Shown here piece by piece: positions 1 to 8,124 of a DNA stretch of 59,830 nt. The notes beneath the pieces were generated by a model, which saw only the letters and a list, made by a program, of their open reading frames with translations, had not been told where the DNA came from and did no database searches. Position 1 is the stretch's first letter; each line of letters opens with the position of its first letter. The DNA comes from a virus (lineage: Duplodnaviria > Caudoviricetes), in the IMG/VR virus record IMGVR_UViG_3300029224_000008, positions 1 through 59,830 of that record. One strand, given 5' to 3'. Made by a program: the position numbers and the translations under genes.

Positions 1-144
1 TTCAGTAGTGCGCACCCAGTGCGCCCGGGGGTTCAGTAGTGCGCACCCAGTGCGCCCGGGGGTTCAGTAGTGCGCACCCAGTGCGCCCGGGGGTTCAGTA
101 GTGCGCACCCAGTGCGCCCGGGGGTTCAGTAGTGCGCACCCAGT
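1..144. repeat. 31-bp tandem repeat TTCAGTAGTGCGCACCCAGTGCGCCCGGGGG (4 full copies plus a partial)
   Basis: Identical units start at 1, 32, 63, 94 and 125; the same unit occurs at the right end. Confidence 0.98.
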
Positions 145-227
145 TATAGGACATAGGTCCGGTTATGCCGGTTATGTCAGTTATGAGGCCTGTGCCGGTT
201 ATCCAGTTGTGAGGTCTGCGACGGCTG

Positions 228-281
228 TGCTGGTTATAGGGCCTGGTCGGGTTATCCGGTCTATGCTGGTTATAGGGCCTG
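228..281. repeat. 18-bp direct repeat TGCTGGTTATAGGGCCTG x2 within a GTTAT-rich tract
   Basis: Copies at 228-245 and 264-281; further GTTAT cores between 143 and 275. Confidence 0.85.
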
Positions 282-308
282 TAGGGATTGCGCCAGGTCC
301 GAGAAGTG

Positions 309-404
309 AAGCCGACATTCCGATAACCCAAGCCGACATAGAAATCGAAGCCGACATTCCACAGAAACTCAAGCCGACATTCAAGCCGACATTCAAGCCG
401 ACAT
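309..404. repeat. Six iteron-like direct repeats AAGCCGACAT
   Basis: Copies at 309, 330, 348, 371, 383 and 395. Confidence 0.9.
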
Positions 405-477
405 GGATGGTTGCCCGGGCGGAACCAATAATTGGTGGTCCGAGAAAGTAACATCGACAAATTATTTTAGATATAGC

Positions 478-506
478 TTGACTCGTGCGACTTCTTACAG
501 TAACCT
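478..506 (+). promoter_or_regulatory. Sigma70-like promoter of the rightward operon
   Basis: TTGACT-N17-TAACCT, followed by GGAG and the ATG at 524. Confidence 0.6.
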
Positions 507-523
507 GAACCTGGAGACCAAGT

Positions 524-1123
524 ATGCAATATGTTTACCTTACGGCTCACACACCTGACGATCTGGGAATAATCATCCGAATCCCTACTGGAAAGATTGG
601 AACAGTAGGCTATCCCCCATGGAGGCATGTGAAAAAAGCCCTTAGAGAATGTATCGAGCAATTATGTGTGGGATGCGATTCAGACAAGGCTGTGTTTCGG
701 CCAGTCACTACCAAGAGTCGTGTAGGCTTTCAACAGGAAACTGAGCAACTAGAGACCGTGTTTGGCGACACACCTTGTTTCGACCACTACACATCATATG
801 AATTATACAAGTTCACTGGTTGTACGCTAGAATACCACCGATCTAGGCTACAGGCGATCCATAAGAAAGCCCACCCCCTGCCACCAAGCCCACCCGCTGA
901 AGCAACCCACCCCCTCACCGCCTGCCTGGACAAGCTGACACAGCGTCGCGCCCGGATACTTGAGATGAGCGACAAGTTCAAGGAATGTGTGGAGATCAAA
1001 GCTGCCATTGCGGGGGTCGAAGACAGCATGGCTCAGGTGCGCGTCCTGGTCAAGTACATGATGTTCGATAATGATTGCCTGACGCGAGAGAACAAGGCAC
1101 TGCGCGAACGGCTGGGTGAGTAG
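524..1123 (+). CDS. Hypothetical protein with C-terminal coiled coil
   Basis: 199-aa ORF, GGAG RBS, first gene of a tightly packed operon. Confidence 0.75.
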   Translation: MQYVYLTAHTPDDLGIIIRIPTGKIGTVGYPPWRHVKKALRECIEQLCVGCDSDKAVFRPVTTKSRVGFQQETEQLETVFGDTPCFDHYTSYELYKFTGCTLEYHRSRLQAIHKKAHPLPPSPPAEATHPLTACLDKLTQRRARILEMSDKFKECVEIKAAIAGVEDSMAQVRVLVKYMMFDNDCLTRENKALRERLGE

Positions 1124-1125
1124 TC

Positions 1126-1914
1126 ATGCAGCAGAGCGTAACCGACATCGATAGATTCATTCAGCATTGCCGCGTCGAGCGGGGGCTTGCAGCCAACACA
1201 CTGGTCGCGTACCGGAAGGATCTCAGTAGCATCCAGTGGACTGTCCCCCCTGGGCGATGGACCGCTCGCATGGTGTCAGAGCACCTCGGCGCACTGTCTC
1301 AGTCTGGGCTCGCTGAGAGCACCGTCAACAGGCATCTTGCATCACTGAGGGTCTTCCTGCGTTTCATGGGCAACGAGGCTGCTGCGCATGTGCCTGGGGC
1401 CAAGGCTCCCAAGAACCTGCCCAGACCGCTGAGCAGTCAGCAGATTGACAAGATACTCGAACACGCATCCGATGACGAACGGCTGGTGATCGAGCTACTG
1501 TATGGCTCCGGTCTACGCGCTAGCGAGTTAGCGGTGGTCGAGCTAGCCGGTGACCGAATGATCCGGGTGGTCGGTAAGGGCGACAAGGAACGCATCGTTC
1601 CCACAACACCCTGGTGCTATTCTAAACTGGAAGACCCTAAGCACTTAGCCTGGGTACATGCCTTCGATCGATACCGTGTGTGGCATCTAGTTAATAATCT
1701 GGGAGCCCGAGCAGGCATCAAGGCCAGCCCGCACATGCTGCGCCACTCGTTCGCAACCCACATGCTCAAGGGCGGCGCAGATGTCCGCACTATCCAGGAA
1801 CTGCTGGGCCATGCCTCGGTGGACACTACCCAAGGGTACACAGCCCTAGACGAACGACAGATGCGTGAGACGATTGAGAAGTACCACCCAAGGGAGAAGG
1901 GAAAAGATGAGTAA
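1126..1914 (+). CDS. XerC/XerD-like tyrosine recombinase
   Basis: N-terminal SAM-like domain (ERGLAANTLVAYRKDL), LYGSGLRASEL, GKGDKERIVP, HMLRHSFATHML, LLGHASVDTTQGYT with catalytic Tyr. Confidence 0.93.
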   Translation: MQQSVTDIDRFIQHCRVERGLAANTLVAYRKDLSSIQWTVPPGRWTARMVSEHLGALSQSGLAESTVNRHLASLRVFLRFMGNEAAAHVPGAKAPKNLPRPLSSQQIDKILEHASDDERLVIELLYGSGLRASELAVVELAGDRMIRVVGKGDKERIVPTTPWCYSKLEDPKHLAWVHAFDRYRVWHLVNNLGARAGIKASPHMLRHSFATHMLKGGADVRTIQELLGHASVDTTQGYTALDERQMRETIEKYHPREKGKDE

Positions 1915-2152
1915 TAAGAAACCAACCAAGTATCAGACTGAAATCATCGATAAGTTAAAGGCCGGACACATGTTGTTTGCGTTGAAGCATCCACAAGGAC
2001 AGAGTTTGGCTCGTATATACAGCGACCCTGCACTAATGGGAGACCCTGTGTCCATCACCACTATCCTTTCCATGGAGGACAAGGGCCTAATCAAGAGCAG
2101 GATCGAGAAGCGGTCCTATGTGGACAGGAAACATTGGGAGTTAGTTAGATGA
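1907..2152 (+). CDS. Small hypothetical protein, possible winged helix
   Basis: ATG 1907 overlaps the recombinase stop; TILSMEDKGLI..WEL pattern. Confidence 0.6.
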   Translation: MSNKKPTKYQTEIIDKLKAGHMLFALKHPQGQSLARIYSDPALMGDPVSITTILSMEDKGLIKSRIEKRSYVDRKHWELVR

Positions 2153-2472
2153 CCATTCACAAATACATATACAACGAAGTCACCATGTCCGAAGCCCCGG
2201 GCGAAGACCCCAGGTATCATAGGACACAGGCGTGGCAGGATGACGCGGGCCGTATCACTGTGCGCGTGTTCTTAGATACCACTGATCCGTTCGGTACAAA
2301 CTACAAATACACATACTACGCAGAGCATAGCCTGGTGTGTTGTTTATACGACGCCGCTAAGAAGGCACAGAGGAAACACACTTATGCACAGGGTATAGTA
2401 TTACGACCTGTTGTACTGCCTTCTTTTATGACATCATCCCGAACCAATCAATTAAAGAGGAGACTAATATGA
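2149..2472 (+). CDS. Hypothetical protein
   Basis: ATGA-type overlaps with neighbours. Confidence 0.6.
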   Translation: MTIHKYIYNEVTMSEAPGEDPRYHRTQAWQDDAGRITVRVFLDTTDPFGTNYKYTYYAEHSLVCCLYDAAKKAQRKHTYAQGIVLRPVVLPSFMTSSRTNQLKRRLI

Positions 2473-2756
2473 CCGGACAGGAAAGTGTATTCCCAATTGA
2501 TCTTGAATCATTGGCAAACGATATTCTGAAATATTCACAAGACCTAACATGCGTAGATAAGTATACGATCAAAGATAACAGGATAGGTGCTACCGTGCAA
2601 CGCAGTCCTGATATGCTAGAAAAAGAGTCTACATATACCATTACCTTTAAGAACTGTACTATTACGATGAATCCTTATCGTAAACTCCGCCGTGCATTTA
2701 CTTGTGCAATGCTTCAAGCAAAGGCATTCGACAGACTCAAGGCTGCGGCGAAATGA
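2469..2756 (+). CDS. Hypothetical protein
   Basis: GAGGAG RBS, ATGA overlaps. Confidence 0.65.
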   Translation: MTGQESVFPIDLESLANDILKYSQDLTCVDKYTIKDNRIGATVQRSPDMLEKESTYTITFKNCTITMNPYRKLRRAFTCAMLQAKAFDRLKAAAK

Positions 2757-3163
2757 ACATCTACACCGCGCTGCGATTTGACAACAAGCAGCATATTACG
2801 GTTCGGTACTACCCCAAGGCTGAGTGCCAGTACCTATCCATAGCTAAGGGATTGCGTCATATAGTGGAACTTACCGAGGCCATGCCTTTTGTACTACGGT
2901 TTGACAAAGAAGATATGTTTGGACCTAAGCGAGACATTCGGGTTCTTACAACTATCGATCCAATGCCTCACTGGGTCACCCACATGAGAAACATAGGGAC
3001 GGGTGTAATCATGGCTGACAGGTATCCCTTCAGGCCCCATATCACCTGCGACATCCCCGTTGGCTTCGACTGTCGAATCACACACATTGCCATGATGTGT
3101 AAGACTGAAGTCCTACAACAGTGGGAACTTGGTCAGTCCAGTTTATTTAAGGTGGGGGAATAA
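2753..3163 (+). CDS. 2H phosphoesterase (2'-5' RNA ligase / Acb1-like fold)
   Basis: Two HxT motifs (QHITV and PHITC) about 83 aa apart in a 136-aa protein; start at the ATGA overlap at 2753. Confidence 0.75.
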   Translation: MNIYTALRFDNKQHITVRYYPKAECQYLSIAKGLRHIVELTEAMPFVLRFDKEDMFGPKRDIRVLTTIDPMPHWVTHMRNIGTGVIMADRYPFRPHITCDIPVGFDCRITHIAMMCKTEVLQQWELGQSSLFKVGE

Positions 3164-4005
3164 TGAGAAAACCCAGACTCGTTGAGTTCATATATCATAC
3201 ATCGTTTATGGGAAAGAATGCCTGCAAGCGGATACTGGAAGACCCCGAACCAGTGCCTTCACCCAGGGTGGACTGGTACTTCAGGTGGCCAGATGAGAGC
3301 GTGCAGCCCAAGAAGAAGCAGTTGTTGACAGGCACCCAGGAGCGCGAGTTGTTCCTGAAGTACAACTACTGTCGATGGATGTCTACCCGAACCAAGGGTA
3401 AGAAGTCAACCAACTGGTCTGACTGGGCCGAGAAGTTTAAGTCCGACATTGTGGGGTACAATCTTGCCTTGGTTGTATCCATGGTCATGCGGCACGGTAT
3501 AGGCACATCGCACCGATACCATGATGAGGTCGTGTCGGAGTGCAACCTGCGACTTGTACGCGCCGCGGAGCTATTCGATGTCGGCACAGGCAACAAGTTC
3601 TCCACCTACGCCTGTCGCGGCATCATCAACCATGCCCTTCGATATGCGTTCAGGCTCAAACGCCACCAAGAGCAACCCCTGGGCGATGACTCATACCCAC
3701 TGCGCGACGCGGCAGGCAGTAACTGGGCAGCCCGCGAGCGAGAGGCCGTTGAAGACCACCAGGACGGCGTGCAGGAAGCTATTCTGGCAGCGGGCCTGAA
3801 TGATCGAGAGATCAATGTGCTGAAGGCCCGATTCTTTGACGACCCTCCCAAGACTTTGCAGGTTATCGGAGATCAGATGGGGATATCCAAGGAACGAGTT
3901 CGTCAGATACAGAGTGCCTGCTTAAAGAAAGTTCGTAGGGGCCTTGCCCCAGAGTTGGTTGAGGTGTATAGTCTTCGTATAGAGGAGAAACCCAATAATG
4001 GCTGA
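3163..4005 (+). CDS. RNA polymerase sigma-70 family factor
   Basis: Region 2 (YNLALVVSMV..LVRAAELFDVGTGNKFSTYA) and region 4 HTH (TLQVIGDQMGISKERVRQIQ). Confidence 0.93.
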   Translation: MRKPRLVEFIYHTSFMGKNACKRILEDPEPVPSPRVDWYFRWPDESVQPKKKQLLTGTQERELFLKYNYCRWMSTRTKGKKSTNWSDWAEKFKSDIVGYNLALVVSMVMRHGIGTSHRYHDEVVSECNLRLVRAAELFDVGTGNKFSTYACRGIINHALRYAFRLKRHQEQPLGDDSYPLRDAAGSNWAAREREAVEDHQDGVQEAILAAGLNDREINVLKARFFDDPPKTLQVIGDQMGISKERVRQIQSACLKKVRRGLAPELVEVYSLRIEEKPNNG

Positions 4006-4324
4006 GACTAAGAAATGTACATCCTGCGGCATCCGTCGCCGCAATAGTCGATTCGATGCGGACGCTACTCGCCCAGATGGTCTGTACTCGCATTGCAAGA
4101 ACTGCAAGCACACCCCCGAGCGGCGCAAGCAGATCAATAGCATTCGAGGAGCGGCCCATAAGCAGTCTCTCAAGTCTGCAACTGAGAAGGGTAATCGATG
4201 GACCCCTGCTGAGGACAAGATCGTCCTTCGTATGTCCATCAAGGACGCCGCGTTCCAGACAGGCCGGTCGTACTGGGCCACCTCGCAGCGCCGCCACCGC
4301 CTGAACAATGGCCTGGCGACCTAA
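3998..4324 (+). CDS. Zn-ribbon plus Myb/HTH-like putative DNA-binding protein
   Basis: KKCTSC..DGLYSHCKNC and RWTPAEDKIV..TGRSYWATSQRRHRL. Confidence 0.65.
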   Translation: MAETKKCTSCGIRRRNSRFDADATRPDGLYSHCKNCKHTPERRKQINSIRGAAHKQSLKSATEKGNRWTPAEDKIVLRMSIKDAAFQTGRSYWATSQRRHRLNNGLAT

Positions 4325-4337
4325 TAGGGAGCCAGTG

Positions 4338-4568
4338 ATGGACAACCTTCAGTCCGCAACCATGGACGAACTGTTTGCGGAGATATCCAACAGAACCAAG
4401 GCTGCTGTTTTGATTGTCGAGAAGGACGCTAGGCGGGGCGATGAATACATAGCCTCGCAGTCCTACTACCATGGTGGCATCAGCCGTTGCACAGGGATGG
4501 GTGTTCTGTATGTTGAGAAGATGAAGAGTATTGACATGGATACTGAAAGCAAGGGAGAACCAGGATGA
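4338..4568 (+). CDS. Hypothetical protein
   Basis: GGGAG RBS before ATG 4338; ATGA overlap with next gene. Confidence 0.65.
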   Translation: MDNLQSATMDELFAEISNRTKAAVLIVEKDARRGDEYIASQSYYHGGISRCTGMGVLYVEKMKSIDMDTESKGEPG

Positions 4569-4750
4569 CCGGCGACACGCAACCCGTTTATACGATTCAA
4601 CAGATCATCGACGGCAAGATCGAAGGCTTCACTGCATTGTGGCATCAGATGGCCCTCTCGGGCCTGATGGCCAACGCCGGTACTATTAGGGGCGTCCACA
4701 TACCTGACAAGAATGAGTTCGTTGCAGGGATGCTGAAGGAGAACACATGA
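4565..4750 (+). CDS. Hypothetical protein
   Basis: ATGA overlaps on both sides. Confidence 0.6.
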   Translation: MTGDTQPVYTIQQIIDGKIEGFTALWHQMALSGLMANAGTIRGVHIPDKNEFVAGMLKENT

Positions 4751-5379
4751 TTGGCATCAAACAACTGTACGGCTTCTTACATACAGCCATGCAATGCTTC
4801 AAGAACACGGGTCGCGACAAGTCGTATCTAAGCATTATGCCAGAGACATCCTTCGGGCCGATGGACAGGTGTCTGCCTAGGTTTGATGCAGCGGTGTTAG
4901 ATAGCTCTTTGGTAATGACGATCGATGAGACCCGCGTACTTGGCCCCTCTAAGACTGTACCAATCATATCAACCATTGAGATCCTGGACAGTAATTACGA
5001 TATCATCAATATCGGAGGTGTGTGCCCTGTAGTAATGAATGACATTTGGAACTCGCTGAATGGTCGTCCTACTATCCCTGACCTGGCTGCCCTGATGGCT
5101 ACGAACCCCACTCTGACGATCACACGAGATAGAAACTACAAGGGCAAACCCCTCGCTGACGACATCTTCGGCCTAGTCGTTGATTCTGAAACACATCACC
5201 CTAAGACTCAAGTGCTACTGACTGTTAATTTGGTCCATGATGAGTGTTTCACGGTGGATTACACACTGGAGCCAGAGCACTGGGAATTACTAGATATGTT
5301 TTTACGGGATGGTGTTTCAGGTAAGTGTATCTGTGACTGGCTTGGTGCTATCTATACTGAAGTCGAGGACGACGAATGA
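4747..5379 (+). CDS. Hypothetical protein
   Basis: 210-aa ORF, AAGGAG RBS, ATGA overlaps. Confidence 0.75.
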   Translation: MIGIKQLYGFLHTAMQCFKNTGRDKSYLSIMPETSFGPMDRCLPRFDAAVLDSSLVMTIDETRVLGPSKTVPIISTIEILDSNYDIINIGGVCPVVMNDIWNSLNGRPTIPDLAALMATNPTLTITRDRNYKGKPLADDIFGLVVDSETHHPKTQVLLTVNLVHDECFTVDYTLEPEHWELLDMFLRDGVSGKCICDWLGAIYTEVEDDE

Positions 5380-5663
5380 GTGCCGCCGAGCATTGTAAGA
5401 AGTTGCTTGAACACTATGAAGATGTGTTCGGCTCCCTGCACGCTCGGCTCCTGTCGCTTGAGGCGGGCGACCAAGACAACCCTCGCGCCATCCTTGAGTA
5501 CCTACCCACAGGTAAGACTCGTATACGAAACCTCATGCACGAAGCAATGAATGATCTGGATGGTGGCTCGCTGACTACCAATGAGTTCGTGTTGCGGATA
5601 ATGAAACATGTTGCCGAGGACTTCTTGGTCACGGCTGATCCACTATTGAACCCCGAGGTTTAG
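5376..5663 (+). CDS. Hypothetical protein
   Basis: ATGA overlap, GAGG RBS. Confidence 0.65.
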   Translation: MSAAEHCKKLLEHYEDVFGSLHARLLSLEAGDQDNPRAILEYLPTGKTRIRNLMHEAMNDLDGGSLTTNEFVLRIMKHVAEDFLVTADPLLNPEV

Positions 5664-5665
5664 TT

Positions 5666-6148
5666 ATGAGTATTCTTGTAGTTATAGACATGCAACCAAT
5701 GTACGAAGCTGCACAGAGTATAAGTCTTCGCAGACGAATCCAGAATCGCATTCGTTCTCACTGCGGGCCAGTATGTATAGTGGAGTACAAATACGAAGGC
5801 AGTAAGTGTACCTATCCTGGCATTATGAAAGCGTGCCAAGGAAAGCGGACATTTAGGTGCATCAAGGAAGTGGATGATGGCGGAGATTGTGTTGTAGGGG
5901 CAACCTTTGCAGAGGGCCTTGGTAGGCACCGCAAGTATATACTCTGCGGCGTCAATACTGCATATTGTGTGCTATCTACCGCCAATGGTATTCTGCGACA
6001 CAGAGACAACTTCAAGGTACTCGTGGATTTTCCCTGCTGCGCATCACCGGGAGACTCTACTTCTAGCAAGGCAGCAAGCGAAGGTGCGTGTGATGTTTGG
6101 CTTCGAGAGGACGCAAACAAGGGCCGACGCAAGGTAGTCTGGTTGTGA
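5666..6148 (+). CDS. Isochorismatase / cysteine hydrolase (nicotinamidase-like) family protein
   Basis: LVVIDMQ (catalytic Asp), a Lys in CIKEVDDG, LCGVNTAYCV (catalytic Cys). Confidence 0.85.
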   Translation: MSILVVIDMQPMYEAAQSISLRRRIQNRIRSHCGPVCIVEYKYEGSKCTYPGIMKACQGKRTFRCIKEVDDGGDCVVGATFAEGLGRHRKYILCGVNTAYCVLSTANGILRHRDNFKVLVDFPCCASPGDSTSSKAASEGACDVWLREDANKGRRKVVWL

Positions 6149-6522
6149 AAGTTCTAGTATGCGGTGGCCGCGACTACCACGACCATGCCCGAGTGAGCGA
6201 TACATTGGATTCTATCAATCACCGCAAGACCATCACCACCGTGATCGAAGGCGGCGCACGCGGAGCCGACTCCCTCGCCCACCACTGGGCGCTGCTGCGA
6301 GGCCGGTTCATCCACACCTTCTGGGCTGAGTGGGGTGTCTATGGTCGCAAGGCGGGCAATGTGCGCAACACCAAGATGATGGACAGGGGCAAGCCTGACC
6401 TCGTTGTGGCCTTCCCTGGGGGAAACGGGACACAGAACATGGTGACGATCGCGGCGATAGCAGGAGTCCGAGTGATCGATCTCAGGGATCAGGACCGGGA
6501 CATCCAAATGATGCTGTTCTAA
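6145..6522 (+). CDS. YspA-like SLOG family protein (DUF2493-like)
   Basis: KVLVCGGRDY, IEGGARGAD, AGNVRN, VVAFPGGNGT; GTG start overlaps the upstream TGA. Confidence 0.88.
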   Translation: MKVLVCGGRDYHDHARVSDTLDSINHRKTITTVIEGGARGADSLAHHWALLRGRFIHTFWAEWGVYGRKAGNVRNTKMMDRGKPDLVVAFPGGNGTQNMVTIAAIAGVRVIDLRDQDRDIQMMLF

Positions 6523-6588
6523 TACAACAGCAGGCCGCACCCGAAGGCACGGCCCGCCGCAGAGGAGGTACAATTTCCTCGGGGTCTG

Positions 6589-7377
6589 TTAGCTGTACTT
6601 GCCGATACCGCCCTCTTGCTTCACGGCGTCGATCGCCTCCGAGTGTGCGCCGTCCGCGTGTTTGGCGATGGCAGCCTTCACCTGGGATTTGGCTGAATCA
6701 GGCACACTAGCATCATCAACGCCTGCGACGACGGCACGCAGCGCCGAAGTGCTGGTGTTGGCATCCTCTTCGGCCTCACGCTTCTTGAACTCGGTGTACA
6801 GATAAGGGCCAAAGACGATCAGCAGAATGGCTGCGACGCCCCACAACAGGATTGCAGGATAGAAGGCAATGGCCAGCAGGCCCGCCCCTGCGACGCCCGC
6901 GACGGTTGCCAGTCGTCGAAGCCCCGCGTACACCCCGAAGCCCGCAGCACCTAGACAGGCGACGCCCATCCAGAAGAGGGGGTTCGCCCAAGGGAGTGGT
7001 GGGATTTTCATTCCTGTGGCACTGATATCGCGGTCAGCGCTGCCGCCCGTAGCTGTTTGTGAGCCGTCAGCGCCCAAGCCGACAGCGGGTGCGCTGCCAG
7101 TGAACTGGTCGCTGAGTTCACCGCCCTCGGCGGATGCTCCGGCACCAATGCCGTAACCCTCGCCCATGGTGGTCAGGCTGCCGCCGTCGCGGGTGATGAA
7201 CTCCACTTCGACTTCCGAGCCAGGGGGAAGCTGAAACGCCTGTCGCAGGGCTTCCTGCTGCTCAGGTGTCATGGCCGAGGTCGGCGCACGCTCACCCTGT
7301 GTTCTCTCCTGGGCAGATGCTTGACTACCAAACAAAGGCAGGACACCGATAGCGGCTCCGATAATTAATCGATTCAT
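6589..7377 (-). CDS. Membrane protein with signal peptide and about 3 transmembrane helices
   Basis: N-terminal signal ending ASA; hydrophobic segments at about aa 130-195; GGAG RBS. Confidence 0.8.
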   Translation of the reverse strand: MNRLIIGAAIGVLPLFGSQASAQERTQGERAPTSAMTPEQQEALRQAFQLPPGSEVEVEFITRDGGSLTTMGEGYGIGAGASAEGGELSDQFTGSAPAVGLGADGSQTATGGSADRDISATGMKIPPLPWANPLFWMGVACLGAAGFGVYAGLRRLATVAGVAGAGLLAIAFYPAILLWGVAAILLIVFGPYLYTEFKKREAEEDANTSTSALRAVVAGVDDASVPDSAKSQVKAAIAKHADGAHSEAIDAVKQEGGIGKYS

Positions 7378-7401
7378 GGTCTTGGACTCCTCTGGGGTGG
7401 A

Positions 7402-7641
7402 TTACTCGCCTTCAAGCAAGCGGATCTGGATATAAACAATGGGTGCAGGTGCGGGTTCGGCCTGCGCAGGTGTTACCGCGCGGATGCGCAGGGTCGTCTC
7501 AGATGGACGAACTTCTTGGCGTTCTGAGCGGATTCGGGACTCACCTGGCGTAACCAGGGTCTTGGCCGGACGCATCGGCATGACACATCCCGACAGAACG
7601 GCACTGAGCATTAGGATAATGGCAAAGCGGATAGTTTTCAT
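7402..7641 (-). CDS. Small lipoprotein
   Basis: MKTIRFAIILMLSAVLSGC lipobox; GAGGAG RBS. Confidence 0.75.
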   Translation of the reverse strand: MKTIRFAIILMLSAVLSGCVMPMRPAKTLVTPGESRIRSERQEVRPSETTLRIRAVTPAQAEPAPAPIVYIQIRLLEGE

Positions 7642-7675
7642 CAGGTCATCTCCTCATCGACAGCTTGTCTGCCCA

Positions 7676-7704
7676 ATGGTACGGAGGATGCCCGGTCAGG
7701 TCAA
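7676..7704 (-). promoter_or_regulatory. Sigma70-like promoter
   Basis: TTGACC-N17-TACCAT on the minus strand upstream of the lipoprotein. Confidence 0.65.
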
Positions 7705-8123
7705 CGGTAGTATATTGTGCCCATGTAGTGTACAACGGAAGGATCACAAAGGAAAGAAATGATCCATCGTAGATTTGGCATAAGATTATCACGAGATAGA
7801 GCATCAGGTACTGATATGATTTCTATTGTTTCACTTTCAGTAGTTATTGCTTGCCATACTTTTTGTGTTTTTGTACAAAAGAAGTCAATAGGTTCTTCAT
7901 TGTGTATTATTGTTAAAAAGTTGAACCAGTCACTGGTCTTAGTTAGGATACCACATTCTTCTGAAAACTCTCTTACCATTGCATGTAGGCTATCTTCACT
8001 TTCTTCAACCTTACCCCCTAGCCCATTTAGCTTACCTATAACACACTCCGGTCCTGTCTTTTTGTGGATAAGAACAACAGATGTCATGCTTTCATCGAAA
8101 CACAATCCTACAACATACTTCAT
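7701..8123 (-). CDS. NUDIX hydrolase
   Basis: Nudix box GGKVEESEDSLHAMVREFSEECGI. Confidence 0.92.
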   Translation of the reverse strand: MKYVVGLCFDESMTSVVLIHKKTGPECVIGKLNGLGGKVEESEDSLHAMVREFSEECGILTKTSDWFNFLTIIHNEEPIDFFCTKTQKVWQAITTESETIEIISVPDALSRDNLMPNLRWIISFLCDPSVVHYMGTIYYR

Positions 8124-8124
8124 A

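Noticed and set aside
1-404. CRISPR array
   Set aside because: The 31-bp units are contiguous with no spacers; AAGCCGACAT repeats are only 10 bp with 2-13 bp gaps; no cas operon
95-460. ORFs 95-460 (-), 101-451 (+) and 199-396 (-)
   Set aside because: Translations simply mirror the DNA repeats; no RBS; likely non-coding
6523-6588. Bidirectional intrinsic terminator
   Set aside because: Only imperfect hairpins and no U-tract on either strand, so not called
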